A DNA stretch of 62,966 nt, from IMG/VR virus record IMGVR_UViG_3300033143_001983, positions 1-62,966 of that record; one strand, 5' to 3'. A program made the position numbers and the translations under genes. The DNA is from a virus (Duplodnaviria; Caudoviricetes). Numbering within the stretch: the first letter of the stretch is position 1; each line of letters opens with the position of its first letter. This document shows, piece after piece, positions 39,620 to 48,748 of the stretch. The notes under the pieces are model-generated. The model made no database searches, was not told the DNA's origin, and saw only the letters and a list, made by a program, of their open reading frames with translations.

Positions 39620-40303
39620 CTAATCCTTTGCCATACCGTAGGCTCTTAATTCTATAGTCTTACTTGCTGGATCTCTTGTTAAATAAGTCTCCCCATCAGG
39701 TCTTTTAAATGTATATCCCCTACATCCAAGAGACTTCATTTCCTCATCAATTTGATCAAAAAATGAGTTAGTTTTATTTTCATTTTCCAACATGTCTCTT
39801 AGTATTTCTGCACTAATTTTAATGCGTTTTATTACTTCATTTTTATTTTCTGATAATACAGCAGCAGAATCTAACATAAAACAAGCACCTTCTGACGGTG
39901 CTAATGTAACTCCACCTTCCATATTATATCTGTTCATCTTGGGAGTTTTAATTCTGTTAGAGTATTTTTCTACGAATTGCTCCATCTCAGTTTCAATTTG
40001 AAGCTCAAGTCCTTCTGTCGAGTTTGAAACAAATCCTTCAGGTCTTTCTTTTTTGACAAACTTTCCATGTCTAGTTAGTAATCCAATAGATACAGCAATG
40101 TGATTTTCATATATAAGATCTAAATCACTAATCTGCTCTAAGGATACCTTTTTTCCATCTTCAGTTTCAAAACTACTATAAGGAACTTCCGTTTCAAACA
40201 CAACTCCATGTCTGTCTTGTAAGAGAAATGATCTTCCAGTTAGCATAATTCTGCGACCTTCTATCATTAAGTCTTTATCTTTTGCTTCTTCTGTAACTTT
40301 CAC
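39620..40303 (-). CDS. hypothetical protein
   Basis: 227-aa ORF in packed operon. Confidence 0.75.
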   Translation of the reverse strand: MKVTEEAKDKDLMIEGRRIMLTGRSFLLQDRHGVVFETEVPYSSFETEDGKKVSLEQISDLDLIYENHIAVSIGLLTRHGKFVKKERPEGFVSNSTEGLELQIETEMEQFVEKYSNRIKTPKMNRYNMEGGVTLAPSEGACFMLDSAAVLSENKNEVIKRIKISAEILRDMLENENKTNSFFDQIDEEMKSLGCRGYTFKRPDGETYLTRDPASKTIELRAYGMAKD

Positions 40304-40986
40304 TATAACCCCTCTCTAAATGGATGACCTTCCTCAAAATATGCTTTGACATATTTCTTCTTAGGTACTAATTTTAATAACCAGTGATCCATATCACTAA
40401 GCTGTAAGAATAGTAACATTCTAACTGACTTGTTACCTTTTGTCAACACACTTGCAGCATTTAAATAGAACGCTAAGTATTGGAATATTGACGATCCTCT
40501 CTTATAATGACGATTCACATAATACTGGTCCCAAGGCGGAAGATAAAAAGCTAGCGGATAAGTTTCCACCATCTTATTTTCCCAGAAGTAGTTTCTGTGT
40601 TTATCTCGCAAACCGTACAACGCTTTAGCTGCGGTGAAAAAGCTCTTGATCGTAAGCTTTCTATCAAAGTCTCCTTCTAGATTACAGAAGTTCCAGTGGC
40701 TAACTTTTAATTCGCTCCTAGTTAACAAACCTGACGAAACCATTCCTATAATCTCATCCTTACTAATTGGAAAGTCAGTTCTACCCGGCTCTCTGTCTAT
40801 GAGGATAGGGTCAAATGATCTATAACATTCTCTAAACCTTTGATGACGCTTCTCTAGATCTACAGTATTAGGTGCTAAGTACTGAGCATATGCGCTATAT
40901 ATCCACGGATTGTTACTTCTAGGTTCACCATTGATACACTCTTGGTCGTGCCACATAGTATATTTGTCTTGATATGTTTTATTCAT
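40303..40986 (-). CDS. hypothetical protein
   Basis: 227-aa aromatic-rich ORF. Confidence 0.75.
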   Translation of the reverse strand: MNKTYQDKYTMWHDQECINGEPRSNNPWIYSAYAQYLAPNTVDLEKRHQRFRECYRSFDPILIDREPGRTDFPISKDEIIGMVSSGLLTRSELKVSHWNFCNLEGDFDRKLTIKSFFTAAKALYGLRDKHRNYFWENKMVETYPLAFYLPPWDQYYVNRHYKRGSSIFQYLAFYLNAASVLTKGNKSVRMLLFLQLSDMDHWLLKLVPKKKYVKAYFEEGHPFREGL

Positions 40987-41383
40987 TTTTTAACCCCATC
41001 ATTTCTATATCGGCTACTTCGCCCATTATTTCAGCACATACTTCATATGCTTTTTTTATTTGATTAAAATCATCTTTAAATCCATCTAATCCGCATCTAT
41101 GTAACATAGGTAGTTCATGATATTCGTAATTACAGCATCCATCCCACTTTATATACCCACTTATTTTAGGGAGGGTATTTTCAGAATGCTCATGATCGTT
41201 TTGATTGCCATAATCCTCTAAGTCGTAGTAAGAAGGGTAGTCTTTCTCTCCAGTTTTTCCGTTGTAACTTACCCAACTAATATCATATATTTTAAAATCT
41301 ACTGAGTACGTTTTTCCATCACTAGGTTTCCAATTAAAATGATAGGCTGATAATGAGTCCCTATCTACTATTACCTTATTCAT
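40979..41383 (-). CDS. hypothetical protein
   Basis: 134 aa with GYIKWDGC motif. Confidence 0.7.
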   Translation of the reverse strand: MNKVIVDRDSLSAYHFNWKPSDGKTYSVDFKIYDISWVSYNGKTGEKDYPSYYDLEDYGNQNDHEHSENTLPKISGYIKWDGCCNYEYHELPMLHRCGLDGFKDDFNQIKKAYEVCAEIMGEVADIEMMGLKNE

Positions 41384-41802
41384 TATTTCTTCCTTTTTAA
41401 ACTGCCAGATTCTTTTCTTTCTCCAGCTTCTTTTGCACTTTTATCTGCATGACAATCTCTGCAAATTCCTTGATAACCTTCTGGACCGCAATATAGACGC
41501 TCTATATAAGTATTCCAATCTGCGTATCCGATCTTTACGTCTACAACGGGGATTTTATGATCCAATTCGAGTTTTCCTCGAATAAGCTCTTTTCCGACAG
41601 ACTTCCAGTTCTCTTTCATTTCCTCATATCGCTTATCAGATACTCCCTCATATATTAATATGCTGCAAGATTCACACTTATAAGTTGCCACATCTGCCTT
41701 ACACCTAGCCTTAGCTTTAGTACGTTGTTTATCGTGCATATGAATACGTCTAAGCGCATTTTTAATCTTTGCAACTGGTACATATGATTTCTTCTTAGAC
41801 AT
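41383..41802 (-). CDS. HNH-family nuclease
   Basis: CESC, ELDHKIPV, GICRDCHADKS. Confidence 0.8.
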   Translation of the reverse strand: MSKKKSYVPVAKIKNALRRIHMHDKQRTKAKARCKADVATYKCESCSILIYEGVSDKRYEEMKENWKSVGKELIRGKLELDHKIPVVDVKIGYADWNTYIERLYCGPEGYQGICRDCHADKSAKEAGERKESGSLKRKK

Positions 41803-42142
41803 CTATCCTCTTCTTTTTATATCCGCAATGACAACTTTCAAGTACTCCAAATAGTGTTTTCATCACTTTTAGATCCTCGCTGCCACAACTAGGACATATT
41901 TTACCATCTCTAACTTCTTTCAGCGTCTTATTCTCTTTTGCCGCCTCAATAAGATCTTCTACTGATAAATCCTCGGTGCTTCCTTTCAAGAAATTTGCAT
42001 TTCCTACAAGTGCTGCTTCTGCGGTATTTAATTTACTTATCAATATTCTTTTATCTTTCTCTAATCTTTTAATTTTGTTTCTAAGTTTTTGGACTTCTCC
42101 AGATTTAGCTTCTTTCACGATACTGCCTTTTTTCGACTTCAT
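41795..42142 (-). CDS. coiled-coil protein with C-terminal Zn ribbon
   Basis: CPSCGS...CHCGY. Confidence 0.7.
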   Translation of the reverse strand: MKSKKGSIVKEAKSGEVQKLRNKIKRLEKDKRILISKLNTAEAALVGNANFLKGSTEDLSVEDLIEAAKENKTLKEVRDGKICPSCGSEDLKVMKTLFGVLESCHCGYKKKRIDV

Positions 42143-42153
42143 TGAACTCCTAC

Positions 42154-42182
42154 AGTTTATCAGCTTCGTATTATTTAGTCAA
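42154..42182 (-). promoter_or_regulatory. sigma70-like promoter with extended -10
   Basis: TTGACT-17 nt-TAAACT with TG, immediately after HNH stop. Confidence 0.55.
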
Positions 42183-42190
42183 CATATTCT

Positions 42191-42715
42191 TCATACATGT
42201 TTCCATGTTACTCTTTTTGTTATCTTTGTTATATTAGAAGTATTTGTTTGAAACATATCTGCTATTTCATAATTTTTTAAATTACTAGATTTGTGTAATT
42301 TTCGTATCTCCAGCACATCTTTTTCTGATAACTTAGACATTCCATGTGAGATTCCTTTTGTAGGGTCTTTCAGATTATTATCATATGAATGTTTTATATT
42401 ATACATACAATCACACCACTCTAAATTAGTAAAGTGATTGTTTAATTTATTACCGTCTATATGATTTACTTGATCTAGATTATTGTCATTTTCTATAAAA
42501 GACTCCGCTACTAACCTGTGTACTTTTTTGCTTTTAGTTAAGATAGATACTCTAGGATATCCAGCAGACAATGATTGAGATAAGCTCTTTCCTTTATAAA
42601 ATCTTAAAGTACCATCATTAAGCATTACAGTTCTATCTAGTCTTTTAACATTACCTAAATTACTTACTTCATAAATACCCTCATATCCGACCACACTTGC
42701 CCACTCTTCAGTCAT
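42191..42715 (-). CDS. NUMOD4-HNH homing endonuclease
   Basis: EEW..V.GYEGIYEVSNLG.VK (NUMOD4), VHRLVA..F, VNHIDGNKLNN...NLEW, C-terminal HTH. Confidence 0.92.
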   Translation of the reverse strand: MTEEWASVVGYEGIYEVSNLGNVKRLDRTVMLNDGTLRFYKGKSLSQSLSAGYPRVSILTKSKKVHRLVAESFIENDNNLDQVNHIDGNKLNNHFTNLEWCDCMYNIKHSYDNNLKDPTKGISHGMSKLSEKDVLEIRKLHKSSNLKNYEIADMFQTNTSNITKITKRVTWKHV

Positions 42716-42717
42716 TT

Positions 42718-43305
42718 TTAATCCTTTTTTAAAACAGTACGATCATCTATACCTTTATCACTGTTTTCGTATGTATGGAGAAACATTAAGTTAGCAGATG
42801 CTAGTGCCAAATGTTCAAGTCCTGATTCAGGGTCAATATTTTCACCGCTTATAAAAGCGTTCAGATGTCTTTGTAGTGAATCATATATCGTACTGTAGTG
42901 AAAACCATCACCTTTTAAATAGTTCTGGATATCGCCTCTCTGCTCGTCATACTTAGTGTACCCGTATGTCAAAGCTTCTGCAAGTGCTAGTTGAAATTCT
43001 GGACGAATTAATGACATCATTGGTTTATCTGTGTTGTATTTCTTAGGTTCTTCTCTAGGAGGCGTATCGAATGATTTAATCGCTGTCGCTACTATCTTCT
43101 GAGAAACTTTTACAAAAGTATCTTCAACTAGCCCTAATTCAGATCCTTGAACAGTCCATTGTTTTTCTGGAAAATTAACTAAAAGTTCCTGACCACCATC
43201 TTCGTACTCATCCTCTATTATCTCTACTGTTCCTAGTGATCCTTTTTCTATACCGGAAAAGTCATTAACATATTCCACTTTATCGCCTACTTTAAACTTA
43301 CTCAT
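42718..43305 (-). CDS. dATP/dGTP diphosphohydrolase-like (DUF5664) protein with N-terminal SH3/KOW-like domain
   Basis: KY...KP.MSLI, LTYG..KY, SLQRHL.AF..GE.IDPESGL.HLA; GGAG RBS favours ATG 43305. Confidence 0.8.
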   Translation of the reverse strand: MSKFKVGDKVEYVNDFSGIEKGSLGTVEIIEDEYEDGGQELLVNFPEKQWTVQGSELGLVEDTFVKVSQKIVATAIKSFDTPPREEPKKYNTDKPMMSLIRPEFQLALAEALTYGYTKYDEQRGDIQNYLKGDGFHYSTIYDSLQRHLNAFISGENIDPESGLEHLALASANLMFLHTYENSDKGIDDRTVLKKD

Positions 43306-43645
43306 TATTATCTCCAAATTTATCAACCATAAAGTAATGCACTCTAAAATAAAGCTTTAGTAATATATTAGGGTGATACCTTCGCAATCTAGGATTATTG
43401 ACCATCATCTGATTATTGAACTGCTTAAAAGCTTTTCTTCTTCTCCACCAGCTTTTTATCTTGACGTTAGTTTCTAAAGTCACTAGCACTTTATCTTCAT
43501 GCTTAAATGCAACAAGAGATTTAGTTATATCATTAGTATCTACAACTTTTACGAACTCAACTTTAGTTCCTACCGGAATAAGATTACCATCTTCTTCCTT
43601 GCCAATTGGCTCTACTACTATAAGTATTTCGTTTTCTAGGTACAT
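43298..43645 (-). CDS. hypothetical protein
   Basis: GGAGG RBS favours ATG 43645. Confidence 0.65.
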   Translation of the reverse strand: MYLENEILIVVEPIGKEEDGNLIPVGTKVEFVKVVDTNDITKSLVAFKHEDKVLVTLETNVKIKSWWRRRKAFKQFNNQMMVNNPRLRRYHPNILLKLYFRVHYFMVDKFGDNNE

Positions 43646-43872
43646 TATTCCTCCGATTCCCAACTATGGTAGGATTCAAACTCTCCAGATGGAGTCATAA
43701 ACTGTCTCATAACATGTTGTTCTTTATAATCAACCTTTCTACTTGGAGGCAACATTCCCTCTTTCTCAACCTCATCTAATAGATCGTTAATTAAAGGCTC
43801 AGCGTCTGTCATTAACATCGTTCTAAATGGATGTAGATTTCCTATAATAGATAGCATTTTACTACGCTTCAT
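43645..43872 (-). CDS. hypothetical protein, paralogue of 46684..46893
   Basis: Shared MK.S, GMLPP and WESE motifs. Confidence 0.7.
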   Translation of the reverse strand: MKRSKMLSIIGNLHPFRTMLMTDAEPLINDLLDEVEKEGMLPPSRKVDYKEQHVMRQFMTPSGEFESYHSWESEE

Positions 43873-44146
43873 CTAATACCTCATCTCTAGTTTCGATAAT
43901 ATCTTTCTCTTCTTGAACTAGAAGATCTAGAGCTTTTCTCTTATTAATGCTTGGAGCAAAATGTCTGAGCGTCTTTTCGTCCAGATCTAATCCACCGTTA
44001 GCTTCATTAGATTTCTCTTTATATACTTCAAAGATCTTGTCATTATGCGCCACTAGGATCTCATCAAGAATCTTTCTTCCATCTTTAGATAGTGGGATAT
44101 TCTTAGTTTTGTCATTAGTCTCTTTACCTGTTACTATACATTTCAT
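43862..44146 (-). CDS. hypothetical protein
   Basis: 94 aa, AGGAG RBS. Confidence 0.7.
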   Translation of the reverse strand: MKCIVTGKETNDKTKNIPLSKDGRKILDEILVAHNDKIFEVYKEKSNEANGGLDLDEKTLRHFAPSINKRKALDLLVQEEKDIIETRDEVLDEA

Positions 44147-44156
44147 TGTATTTCTC

Positions 44157-44867
44157 CTATTTCAGTCCTAATATAAGTTTATACTTTTTTGCCAATCTAT
44201 TCAACCTATTTCTTAGTTTTGGTATTTTTTTAAGGTTAAAATTCTTTATATCGTCAGTGAAAGTTTCAAAAAAGTAGTCGTGGTCAGCTCCCATGTAAGC
44301 ATGACACTCGTCATCAAGTACATCATCAGCATATCCCCAAGACGATAAACAAGCTCTAACTTGTTTTAATTCTTTTTTGTAATCCCCAACTGCTTTCAGA
44401 ACCTCTTTTTTATAATCTGCGCTAATGCCAAACATAGCGTGTCTTATCTCATGCTCTAGAGTATCTTCTGGATCATTCTCACCATAAGTTGCTATCACAT
44501 AAAAAGAATCACTTCTATACTTGAGAGCTTCTACTATATCATGCTCAAAGTCTGTTAGAGGGTCAAATAGCCCCTTTACGAATGGCTCTAGTACTGTGTC
44601 TGGGAAATTATAACCGTCCCAATCTGCACTTAAGGTCTTTCCGCCACAGTATAAATTTATACCTTTATTAGCCCTACTTCCTAAAGACTTTAAATACCCT
44701 GTGGTGAAAATCTGACCTTTAATCTCAGGAAATGGACTTTCATAATATTCTTGGAACCTCATCATAGCAGAAGCTAGTGTGTTTTTGTCTGACATTACTA
44801 TGTGAACTATACTAGTTCCTATATTAGATATTTTTAATATACCTTTACTTTCTAGGTTTTTTCTCAT
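44157..44867 (-). CDS. HExxH motif protein, putative zinc metallopeptidase
   Basis: TLEHEIRHA followed by DECHAY. Confidence 0.6.
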   Translation of the reverse strand: MRKNLESKGILKISNIGTSIVHIVMSDKNTLASAMMRFQEYYESPFPEIKGQIFTTGYLKSLGSRANKGINLYCGGKTLSADWDGYNFPDTVLEPFVKGLFDPLTDFEHDIVEALKYRSDSFYVIATYGENDPEDTLEHEIRHAMFGISADYKKEVLKAVGDYKKELKQVRACLSSWGYADDVLDDECHAYMGADHDYFFETFTDDIKNFNLKKIPKLRNRLNRLAKKYKLILGLK

Positions 44868-44870
44868 TAA

Positions 44871-45824
44871 TTACCTCGGATTTTTTCTAAATTTCTTTCT
44901 CTTAGCACCTTTTAGTAAGTTATCTGTATCTCTGTACTCTGCGCCACAATTCGTACATTTGTACTTCTGAAACTTTGAAGCATTTGTGAAGTAGAATCCA
45001 CTCTTTTTAAAGTCGGTACTTCCACAGCTACATACATCTTCATCAAAATATATTGAGAAGTTAATTGAATCATCCCAAGGAATTAGAATTTCGTATAATT
45101 CTTCCAGAGATAAAACGTCTAATTTATTATAATCTTCCATTTCTTGAAAAGCTTCAACATTACCCTTCATACACTCTGACCATAATTTAAATCCCGGAAA
45201 CTTAGCATGACCTGACTTCTTATATTTCGTACATAACTTGTCCGTCATATATTCTAACTTATTACTAGTGAAGCTGAAGTGTCTCTTAGCAATTAGAAGT
45301 GTGTCGATTTGTCTGAATGAACTTGGCGGTTTCATCCCATGCATAATGAATCTTGCATTAAGCTTTTTAACGTCAAACTTCTTAGAGTTTTGCCCAATTA
45401 CGATATCTGCGGCATCTAGAAGCTTCCAGATACTCTTTAAAATCTTCTTATCATCCTCAAAGTCTTTTGCATCTCTTTGATCTTCATATAATACTTCGTC
45501 GCTATCATACCATTTTGCTGCCCAACTAAGAACGTGCCAATCTTTTTCGATCATATTTAAACCAACATTATTATCCCATAACTTCCATACAGAAGCAATA
45601 ATAGGTACTGTCTCGATATCAAAGAACAAGATGTTTGGAGCGTCTTTTCTTTTATTGATAGAAATGACAGGTATCTTATATCTTTCAAAAGTTTTTCTCA
45701 CAGCATTTGGAGAGTGTTTAGTACCAAACCTATGATTAATTCTAGCAGCAATCTGATCATATGTGTAATCGTCATACAGCTCTAATAACATGTCAATTTG
45801 TGCTTGACTCCATTTTTTACTCAT
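44871..45824 (-). CDS. RNase H-like 3'-5' exonuclease with N-terminal HTH and C-terminal Zn ribbon
   Basis: FDIET, GQN.KKFD, YN..DV, CSCGS...CTNCG; GGAG RBS favours ATG 45824. Confidence 0.85.
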   Translation of the reverse strand: MSKKWSQAQIDMLLELYDDYTYDQIAARINHRFGTKHSPNAVRKTFERYKIPVISINKRKDAPNILFFDIETVPIIASVWKLWDNNVGLNMIEKDWHVLSWAAKWYDSDEVLYEDQRDAKDFEDDKKILKSIWKLLDAADIVIGQNSKKFDVKKLNARFIMHGMKPPSSFRQIDTLLIAKRHFSFTSNKLEYMTDKLCTKYKKSGHAKFPGFKLWSECMKGNVEAFQEMEDYNKLDVLSLEELYEILIPWDDSINFSIYFDEDVCSCGSTDFKKSGFYFTNASKFQKYKCTNCGAEYRDTDNLLKGAKRKKFRKNPR

Positions 45825-45837
45825 CGTAACTCCATTG

Positions 45838-45876
45838 TTAACTTTTGCTTTGGATTTCAAGACCTATGCCGAATCC
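45838..45876 (-). repeat. orphan synonymous duplicate of the 3' end of gene 46455..46691
   Basis: Encodes GFGIGLEIQSKS-stop, same peptide as 46455-46493, 10 of 39 nt differ and all are synonymous. Confidence 0.9.
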
Positions 45877-45889
45877 ACAGCTATACTTA

Positions 45890-45918
45890 ATATTAATCTA
45901 AATAATTTATATTGTCAA
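45890..45918 (-). promoter_or_regulatory. sigma70-like promoter at 3' end of HNH cassette
   Basis: TTGACA-17 nt-TAATAT. Confidence 0.55.
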
Positions 45919-45924
45919 CATAAT

Positions 45925-46455
45925 TTATATATGTTTCCAAGTTTTTCTTAGTTTTATATTACTTACTGCTTGTCTAGTTATATTGTAATCCTTTGCTATT
46001 ACTGTTCCGTTTTCTCCACTTTCTAATCTCTTTCTTATGTATATTATATCATCTTTTTTAAGGTTAGTTTTTCCGCTACATTCCCCTTTGGCAGTATAAA
46101 CTCCTATAAAATGAGCATGTTGTATATTTTCTTTATGAGTACACCATTCTAAATTAGATACGTGGTTATTTTGTTTATTTAAATCTTTATGATTAACAAA
46201 ATACTTTCCTTTTATTTTTGATAAAAACGCCCTAGCTACTAAAATATGTACTCTTATTGTGTGTTTTTTATGATGCTTGCTCAGATATACGCAAGGGTAT
46301 CCAGTATTCAGAGGTGTTTTTAGAATTTTTCCTTTGTAGTTATATACTTTAGAATCTTTTCCTAGAACCGTTCTATCTAGGCTTTTAACTCTACCTTTAT
46401 TACTAACCTGATAAAATCCTTCAAAACCTTCGATATCTTTCCAGATCTCTTTCAT
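45925..46455 (-). CDS. NUMOD4-HNH homing endonuclease
   Basis: EIWKDIEGFEGFYQVSNKGRVKS, VHILVARAF, VNHKDLNKQNNHVSNLEW. Confidence 0.92.
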   Translation of the reverse strand: MKEIWKDIEGFEGFYQVSNKGRVKSLDRTVLGKDSKVYNYKGKILKTPLNTGYPCVYLSKHHKKHTIRVHILVARAFLSKIKGKYFVNHKDLNKQNNHVSNLEWCTHKENIQHAHFIGVYTAKGECSGKTNLKKDDIIYIRKRLESGENGTVIAKDYNITRQAVSNIKLRKTWKHI

Positions 46456-46691
46456 TATGATTTACTCTGTATCTCTAGACCTATTCCAAATCCTAAGATT
46501 CTAAAAGCCATATTAAAGTAAATGTTATTTGTTACGATTAATATTTTTGTTGGAAAACTCAACATATATGATTTATGCTCATTTCCAAACATATTTATAG
46601 TTTTGCTCCTGTTAATCTCAGGGAACGTCATATAAAGACGGTAGTAATACCCTCTATTAGCGTAATCTCCACCAGATATAAGATTAATCAT
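46455..46691 (-). CDS. hypothetical protein, probable HNH target gene
   Basis: 78 aa; C-terminal 12 codons duplicated beyond the HNH gene. Confidence 0.75.
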   Translation of the reverse strand: MINLISGGDYANRGYYYRLYMTFPEINRSKTINMFGNEHKSYMLSFPTKILIVTNNIYFNMAFRILGFGIGLEIQSKS

Positions 46692-46893
46692 CTTCCGACT
46701 CCCATTCGTTCAATCGCTCATATCCAGATGATACTTCGGGTATTGCAAATGTCCTTTTTGTATACTCTGGAGGTAACATTCCTTTATCTACTAGAAAAGC
46801 AAGCAATTTATCAGCTACATATGGCTCTAAATATCCACCATCATAGTATTTGACAAATTCTACCACATCCTTTACTAAATCACTTTTTTTCAT
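46684..46893 (-). CDS. hypothetical protein, paralogue of 43645..43872
   Basis: GMLPP...WESE motifs. Confidence 0.7.
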   Translation of the reverse strand: MKKSDLVKDVVEFVKYYDGGYLEPYVADKLLAFLVDKGMLPPEYTKRTFAIPEVSSGYERLNEWESEDD

Positions 46894-47152
46894 TTCCCAC
46901 CATCTTTCCTAGAGCCAATGCTTTATAATACCTAGCTTCTTCATATAACTTTCTAGCTCGTTTATGTGCGTCGATAAGTGAAAGAAGGGTATTGATCTTA
47001 TCTTTTCTTAGAATAAGCTGTGATTGATATAACGCCCTTAATTCATTAGGTCTTTTATCTTTTGTTAATATCCTTTTATAGAACTTTTGAGAAGATTCTA
47101 AATCCTTAAGACGCTTCACAGCTTCATCGTAACTTAGTAATTTATTATTCAT
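46880..47152 (-). CDS. hypothetical basic protein
   Basis: 90 aa in packed operon. Confidence 0.65.
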   Translation of the reverse strand: MNNKLLSYDEAVKRLKDLESSQKFYKRILTKDKRPNELRALYQSQLILRKDKINTLLSLIDAHKRARKLYEEARYYKALALGKMVGNEKK

Positions 47153-47827
47153 TTAAATCTCCACTACTATAGGTTCATTTGTCGGGTCATATTGCTCTGT
47201 GCAAATTGCAGCATTTACAAAAGTTGTATCTACTATTTTATCAATTCCATGCCAATTATGAATGTGTCCGAATATATGATATTTAGGACTAATATCCAGT
47301 ACTCTGTTTAAAAGATGCTTACATCCACAATTTTCCATACTATAAATAGAAACATCCATTACACCGCTTGGGGGTCCATGAGTTATAATAACATCTGTAT
47401 CGTCAGGAATCATATCCCAATAAGGTTGAATCGGATCGTATTTTTCTTCTAAATGATGATAAGAAGTTCCGCAATCTCCAGAATCCCTATTCCATGCCCA
47501 ATTATGAAATCTAGGAGTAACCCCACTTCCCCAGAACTTAATTCCGCCAAGAGTTATTCCAGTATTATTTAGGTAGATTATATTTCTAGCAGCACATTCT
47601 TGCTTTACTAGATCCTCATTCTGCTCAGTAATCATATCGTGATTCCCCGGCACATATATAATATGAAGGTATTTTGCTCTTAGTTTGTCAAGTTCATTTA
47701 CGAATTTCATAAATTCTGTTAAAGTGCCTCTAGATAAAGCATCTCCAGCATGGACTAAGATATCACCATCTGGTAATTTAACCTTTCGCAAGTTACAATG
47801 TGTGTCAGAAATGCACACAATTTTCAT
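47153..47827 (-). CDS. calcineurin-like metallophosphoesterase
   Basis: SDTH, HAGD, PGNHD, THGPP, FGHIH. Confidence 0.93.
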   Translation of the reverse strand: MKIVCISDTHCNLRKVKLPDGDILVHAGDALSRGTLTEFMKFVNELDKLRAKYLHIIYVPGNHDMITEQNEDLVKQECAARNIIYLNNTGITLGGIKFWGSGVTPRFHNWAWNRDSGDCGTSYHHLEEKYDPIQPYWDMIPDDTDVIITHGPPSGVMDVSIYSMENCGCKHLLNRVLDISPKYHIFGHIHNWHGIDKIVDTTFVNAAICTEQYDPTNEPIVVEI

Positions 47828-48105
47828 TGCAACATTCCTCCGCCATTATCATCGTCATCGTCACCAAAGGTCAATAATGCCAATTGATCTAAGTCCTCTT
47901 CGCTTATTTCTTCGTCAAAGTCTTCAAGCTCTTCAATAGAATCAAAATCTAGTCCCATCTCTTCAGCTATCTGCTCAATTCTACTTTCTGACGTAATTAT
48001 AATACTTTCAGGATCTTCTAGATCTGTTATCATTAGTCTGTCTAGATGTGGATATAATTCTTGAAGCTCTGTAATAATTTCTAGCAATCTCTTCTTTTTA
48101 TCCAT
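47824..48105 (-). CDS. very acidic small protein
   Basis: About one third Asp/Glu in 93 aa. Confidence 0.7.
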   Translation of the reverse strand: MDKKKRLLEIITELQELYPHLDRLMITDLEDPESIIITSESRIEQIAEEMGLDFDSIEELEDFDEEISEEDLDQLALLTFGDDDDDNGGGMLQ

Positions 48106-48407
48106 TATAAATCTCCTAGCTCAACTAGCTCATTTCCATCTACTATTGTATCGTTAATTTTATCGTAGAGTACTTTACCTTCATAACTAAAATAATTAAC
48201 AGCAACTACATCAGTTCCAGTAAACGTATATACTCCAGTTGTAGGAGCTACGAATACTTGCTCTTGTATTTTAGATAAATCTGCGTTTAACTCTCTTATC
48301 TTTTTTTCTGCTTTTTCTGCTCTGTTTATATTGTGAATCGCTGACGCAGCTAAAAAAAGCGTACAAATCGCACACATTACCATTGCTATAATTAAAAAAA
48401 TCCCCAT
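48105..48407 (-). CDS. membrane-anchored coiled-coil protein
   Basis: N-terminal TM helix then coiled coil. Confidence 0.65.
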   Translation of the reverse strand: MGIFLIIAMVMCAICTLFLAASAIHNINRAEKAEKKIRELNADLSKIQEQVFVAPTTGVYTFTGTDVVAVNYFSYEGKVLYDKINDTIVDGNELVELGDL

Positions 48408-48748
48408 TACATATCTCCAATTTTTTGATTCACTTTAAATGCAAATCCTGTTACTAAAACTCCTAACACTAACATTCCTAACGCCTTCATATTGCTGTCA
48501 AACTTCGCTTCTGAGAGCTTTCTACGCTGTACCCTAGCATCTTGCTTATGAAAGTCGATAAGCTCCATCTGAGTCATTCTGAGGTCTTCTAGGACCAATG
48601 ATCGTTTCTCTGCTTTCATCGCTTTCTCAGCTCTTTCAGTAGTGAGTAATATGCCATCAAAAGGTACTTTATTTCCTTCATGTACTTTTACTGCGTTTTG
48701 TGCAAATGCGGAATTACTTAGTAAGATTAATAATAGAATTAAGCGCAT
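48407..48748 (-). CDS. exported protein with signal peptide and C-terminal TM helix
   Basis: MRLILLLILLSNSAFA-Q leader; LGMLVLGVLVTGFAF tail. Confidence 0.7.
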   Translation of the reverse strand: MRLILLLILLSNSAFAQNAVKVHEGNKVPFDGILLTTERAEKAMKAEKRSLVLEDLRMTQMELIDFHKQDARVQRRKLSEAKFDSNMKALGMLVLGVLVTGFAFKVNQKIGDM

